Part shown: positions 37,494-41,656 of the stretch, piece by piece | Numbering within the stretch: the stretch's first letter is position 1 | Layout of the letters: each line of letters opens with the position of its first letter | DNA from: Candidatus Altiarchaeota archaeon | Lineage (GTDB): Archaea; Altiarchaeota; Altiarchaeia; IMC4; SCGC-AAA252-I15 | Assembly (NCBI GenBank): GCA_043800255.1 | Contig: JAZDNF010000007.1 | Span: forward strand, 1 to 41,656 | DNA: 41,656 nt | Direction of reading: 5' to 3' | Notes under the pieces: generated by a model | What the model saw: the letters and a program-made list of their open reading frames with translations, nothing else | Told to the model about the DNA's origin: nothing | The model's database searches: none | Translations under genes and position numbers: made by a program

Positions 37494-38324
37494 TTGAACA
37501 AATCTTGGATTCTGGTTCTTGCAATTGGGGTGGTGGTGACTGTGAGCGGGTGCTTTGAAGAAACTGAAATAACAACATCGACAATCTCAACAATAATCCC
37601 AAGTCCTTCAACTTCAACCACAACGACTACACCCTCATCAACAACCACAACATTTACGATAACCGTAGCAACCTCTCTAGCTTTTCCTGAAATCACTGTT
37701 CCAATGCCAAAAATACCCTACACGGCTGAAGAACTAAAATCTATAACTAACATTACATTCATATTTGAGAATGAGGATGCAAAAATTTCAGATAATATTC
37801 TACGGGGTATATTCGATAAAATAAATCCTCTTATTCGGACTTTTACTGGCGAAAAATATGTAGATTTTAGTCCGAACTTAAACATTGTGGGTACATCTGA
37901 TAAAAAATTTAATTGGACTTTCACTGGCAAAGGATATGTTGATGAGATAAATTATGATGATTATACCCTAGAGGGCAGTCGTGACATAGGTTGGACTCAG
38001 ATAATTATCGGACTAACTAGGACAACTATAAAACGAGAAGGTGTTTCTCAAGCATATAAGAATCTTACGTTAGATATCATAAAACAAAAATCAGAAGTTT
38101 TAGATGAGTGTCCGAAAATCGGTTCAGTAAAATGGAATCCAGAAAAATCAGGATATACTCTAAATGAGGCATGGCTACCTTGTGCAATAGAGTGTCCATC
38201 ATCCCTAATCATTGTTAATCTCAATAATCTCTCAGTAGAAGAAACAGAATGCGAAATTGGACAAAAATCACTTGAATTAGTAGAATTATTCCAAGATACA
38301 GAATATTATGGTGGGGGGTTGTAA
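37494..38324 (+). CDS. lipoprotein with Thr/Ser-rich linker
   Basis: Lipobox VSGC and a TTSTISTIIPSPSTSTTTTT linker; AT-rich. Confidence 0.75.
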   Translation: MNKSWILVLAIGVVVTVSGCFEETEITTSTISTIIPSPSTSTTTTTPSSTTTTFTITVATSLAFPEITVPMPKIPYTAEELKSITNITFIFENEDAKISDNILRGIFDKINPLIRTFTGEKYVDFSPNLNIVGTSDKKFNWTFTGKGYVDEINYDDYTLEGSRDIGWTQIIIGLTRTTIKREGVSQAYKNLTLDIIKQKSEVLDECPKIGSVKWNPEKSGYTLNEAWLPCAIECPSSLIIVNLNNLSVEETECEIGQKSLELVELFQDTEYYGGGL

Positions 38325-38480
38325 ATGAGAATTATAATTATTTTGATGATACTTTCCATTCTAATTTTTAATGTCAATGCAAACACAACTAATTCAGAAG
38401 AGTATAAATATGTTGCAAAGATAAACAAACAACTGACTGAGAAGTTAATGGAATTTGAAAAAGGCAATATAGATTCTAAT

Positions 38481-39426
38481 AGCTTCGTTGAAATCCTTTG
38501 ATTAGGTTGGGGGTACCAATTTGTAATCAGGGTTTTGGCTGATTACAAATTTGTGGAGGTATCCCCATGAAGTATTCTGAAACACGAGTCTATAAGTTTG
38601 CTGGACATGCTTATAGACTATGTAAACGACGTATTCAGCCCTATTCCAGCAAGTACTCGAAGAAAACGTACACTCAACCGCAGCATGTTGCTGTGCTGTT
38701 GTTGAAGACCAAGATGCGTTTGAAGTTTGATGAAACGGAGGAGTTGCTTCTCAACTCCTCCACACTCCGCGAATGCCTCGAATTAGAGCAGACACCCGAC
38801 CACACGACCCTGTGCAAGGCGTTACAACGTCTAAGACCTGTGTTTTTCCTCATGCTATTGGTGCTGGCAGCGGGGCTGCTGCCAGCCAGTGGGAAAGGCT
38901 CAATAGATGCCACGGGATTTGACAGGAGACACGCCAGCAAACACTACGTGCAACGGTGTAAAATGCGGTTCCAGAGCATGAAGACGACACTTCTTGTAGA
39001 CACTGAAACGCTCATGATACTGTGGCTTCATGCCACAGTAACCTGCAAACACGACACACAGATTCTGCTCCCCATCGTGGAAAAGGCAGGAGACTACTTC
39101 CCATTAGAGATCTTGTGTGGGGATAAGGGCTATGATGACCAGGAAATCAGAAACACATTACGCAAAGCGGGCATACGCCCGCTAATCAAACACCGTGAAT
39201 TCAAGCCCATACACAAAGCCCAAAACGCAAGAATCATCAAACAAGACTACCGGCAGCGGCTCATGAACGAATCAATCAACAGCAGCACCAAAAGAAAATA
39301 CGGCGACACTCTAACCACCAAAACCTACTGGCGCCAATACAAGGAACTACTACTGAAAGCAGCAGCCCACAACATCGAAAGATGCATGAAAACCATGCAT
39401 CCTCACCAGAGGATTTCAATCAAGCT
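38481..39426 (+). mobile_element. IS5-family insertion sequence, ~946 bp
   Basis: Terminal IRs agcttcgttgaaatcct / aggatttcaatcaagct (15 of 17 match). Direct repeat ATTCTAAT at 38473-38480 and 39427-39434. Confidence 0.9.
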
Positions 39427-39433
39427 ATTCTAA
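38567..39433 (+). CDS. IS5-family DDE transposase
   Basis: PDHTTL, IDATG, GDKGYD and YRQRLMNESINSSTKR. Confidence 0.93.
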   Translation: MKYSETRVYKFAGHAYRLCKRRIQPYSSKYSKKTYTQPQHVAVLLLKTKMRLKFDETEELLLNSSTLRECLELEQTPDHTTLCKALQRLRPVFFLMLLVLAAGLLPASGKGSIDATGFDRRHASKHYVQRCKMRFQSMKTTLLVDTETLMILWLHATVTCKHDTQILLPIVEKAGDYFPLEILCGDKGYDDQEIRNTLRKAGIRPLIKHREFKPIHKAQNARIIKQDYRQRLMNESINSSTKRKYGDTLTTKTYWRQYKELLLKAAAHNIERCMKTMHPHQRISIKLF

Positions 39434-41656
39434 TCATTCTCTGAGACTAATCCTCATCTTTGAAAATCAAAGTCAAAATACATATCTCGAAAAAATCAAG
39501 TCAGAATATGAAAAACAAATAGAACCTTATTCTAAGAACATTAAATCCATTTATAAAGCATCTAGGGCACGTGCAATAGAAGAGTATGGTAGAGCAAATA
39601 ATATTAGTTCTTGGAATATCACAACAGATGACGAACGGAGAATTAGTAGACTAATTAATCTATCCCTAGCTGATAAAGAAATGATTTCTGGAAACTTAAG
39701 TTTGATTAAAGGTATTAATGAAAAGGCTCGAGAAGAAATCATGAAAAATAAGTCGAGCATCATTTTAACTTACCAAAGACCTTTTGTGGAATATGTTAAT
39801 GGTAAGGGAGGTCACGTGTTAAATCAATTTAAGTTATATAACGGGATGTTAATTTCACTTCCGATAAATGAGGTTGATCCATTTATCAAAGATTCAAGAA
39901 TTTCAATGGTGCATTTGGATGCTCCCTATGAGAATGTTATCAGCTTAGATCATAGTACATATGCAATTGATGCTGATGTATTATGGGATGATGATGATCC
40001 CGGACCAGGACCATCGCCTTCTCTGGAGGAAATGGCAGTTTTAGATACTGGTGTCAATAGAACTCACCCTGCATTATGGTATAGACATGACGGCACTACA
40101 AATAGAACTTGGCACAATGCAAATTTTACGGATAATGAAGATGATTGGGATTATGGTGGTCATGGTACTCATGTTGCAGGAATTATCGCTAGCTCTAATG
40201 ATACTTACAAGGGAATGTTATACGATATTGATCTTATGATGAATGCAAAAATCATATATTCTAATGGAACTGGATATAAAGCCGATGCAATGGAGGGTAT
40301 AGAATGGGCTTATGAAGGGCTTGGATCAGTACCCACTGCCGAGGTCCTTAGCAATAGTTATGGTTGGTGTCAGTATGCTTTTGCAGGTTGTCCTAAGCCA
40401 GATGGTGTTCTATCTAATGGTGAAGGACTCTTAGCGCGATACGTGGATAGTATAGCAGAGAATGATGACGTCATATTTGTTTTTGGTGCTGGAAATGAAG
40501 GTGAAAGTTATTCGATTAGACATCCTGGAGATGCATATAATATCCTTTCGGTCGGAGCGATTGATGATATAGACACTTCTAATTCTACGCATCCCACAAG
40601 AACCGACGATGATATACGGTCATCGTCAAGTAATGGTCCAACAAATGATAGTAGAAAAAAGCCAGATCTTGTTGCCCCAGGTGTAGACGTATATTCAACA
40701 GCTGCTAATTATGCTGGAACTAATGCTGATTTTATTGAAATGAGTGGAACTAGTATGGCAACCCCTCATGTTGCAAGTGCTGCTCTATGGTTTTTTGATT
40801 ATGGTCTAGAGCCAATTGAAGTTAAAGCACTGTTGATAAATACTGCTCTTGACTGTGAATATCAAGACGGTTGGGATTGTGTTGGTGGTGATGATGGTTG
40901 GGATGCTAGATATGGATGGGGTTATATCGATTTAAATCACGCACACATTCATTTAGCTGATGTAGTTTCACCATCAATAAACGCTGGTGAAATTGATTAC
41001 TATCTTATAAACGAAACTAGTTCCGATGATAAAGCCACACTTGTCTGGTACAGACATATAAATCAATATGATGATAATACAACTGGTTACTCTCTAAATG
41101 ATTTAGATCTTTACGCTTATTCACACTCATCAGGCGATGAGATAGACACATCAACTTCAACGGTAGATAATGTAGAACAAGTGGTACTTGATGCTTCATA
41201 TTCTTATGCAGTATATAAAATAAAAGCGGAAGATACATTCTATAGTGCATCATCTGAGGAATATGCGTTTGTTACTGAAGAGAAAAATAACGCTGTAAGT
41301 CCTCCGTCATTTACGGTGAATCTTAATAATTCTGCAACTGTTGGATTAAATACAGTTTTCGTAGTTGAGGCAAAGATTACGAATACCGGAGATTTACATA
41401 TTCACGATGTTAATGTGACCCTCATAGTGCCTTCAGGATTTAATGTAACTAGTGATAATCCCGATACAACAAATAGAATCAATAACGGTAATGGGGATTG
41501 GACAGCGAGTTGGACAGTAGTGTCCCCTGATATTCCTGATGATTATACTCTTCAAGTGAATGTAAAGTCTAGTAGTTATGGTGAAATAATTGAAAGTAGT
41601 GATTCGAATCCTGTTGAAGTTGTAAAGTGTATAGGCGTTGATGCACCCGCGTCAGG

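Larger units (their letters stand above)
38325..41656 (+). pseudogene. secreted S8 subtilisin-like protease interrupted by an IS (3' end outside window)
   Basis: Signal peptide MRIIIILMILSILIFNVNA at 38325. Removing the IS and one TSD copy rejoins IDSN-HSLRL in frame. Triad DTG (40044), HGTHVAG (40161), GTSMATPHVA (40746). Confidence 0.88.

Overview
Archaeal chromosomal window. Evidence: fibrillarin, ATP-dependent DNA ligase, rps17e, rpl40e, TATA-type promoters and many apparently leaderless genes. The Thr-rich lipoproteins and Cys-motif proteins suggest Altiarchaeota/DPANN, which is an inference only. The GC-rich backbone carries flpA-lig, a HerA-like ATPase, trmJ, RHH-KaiC-like-lysA, mannose/glycosylation genes, lemA-htpX, a DUF2178-like/XRE module and a Zn-finger/DEAD-box module. 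It also carries a ~10.7 kb co-oriented run of split glutamate synthase genes, apbE and rnfCDGEAB, then sppA, rps17e, a solo cas4 and dCMP deaminase/kinase. Three AT-rich segments interrupt it: an SNase-LTD gene, a PIN/DUF3467-like/Clp-fold protease island, and a lipoprotein plus a subtilisin gene broken by an IS5-family element. Features missing from the ORF track: a box C/D guide RNA predicted to methylate tRNA-Met C34, an adjacent ~140-nt structured element of unknown type, a 23-aa eL41-like peptide, a 45-aa RHH regulator with a NikR-like operator, a CxxC-x17-CxxC protein and a triple palindromic operator. All assignments come from motif reading by eye; no database searches were run.
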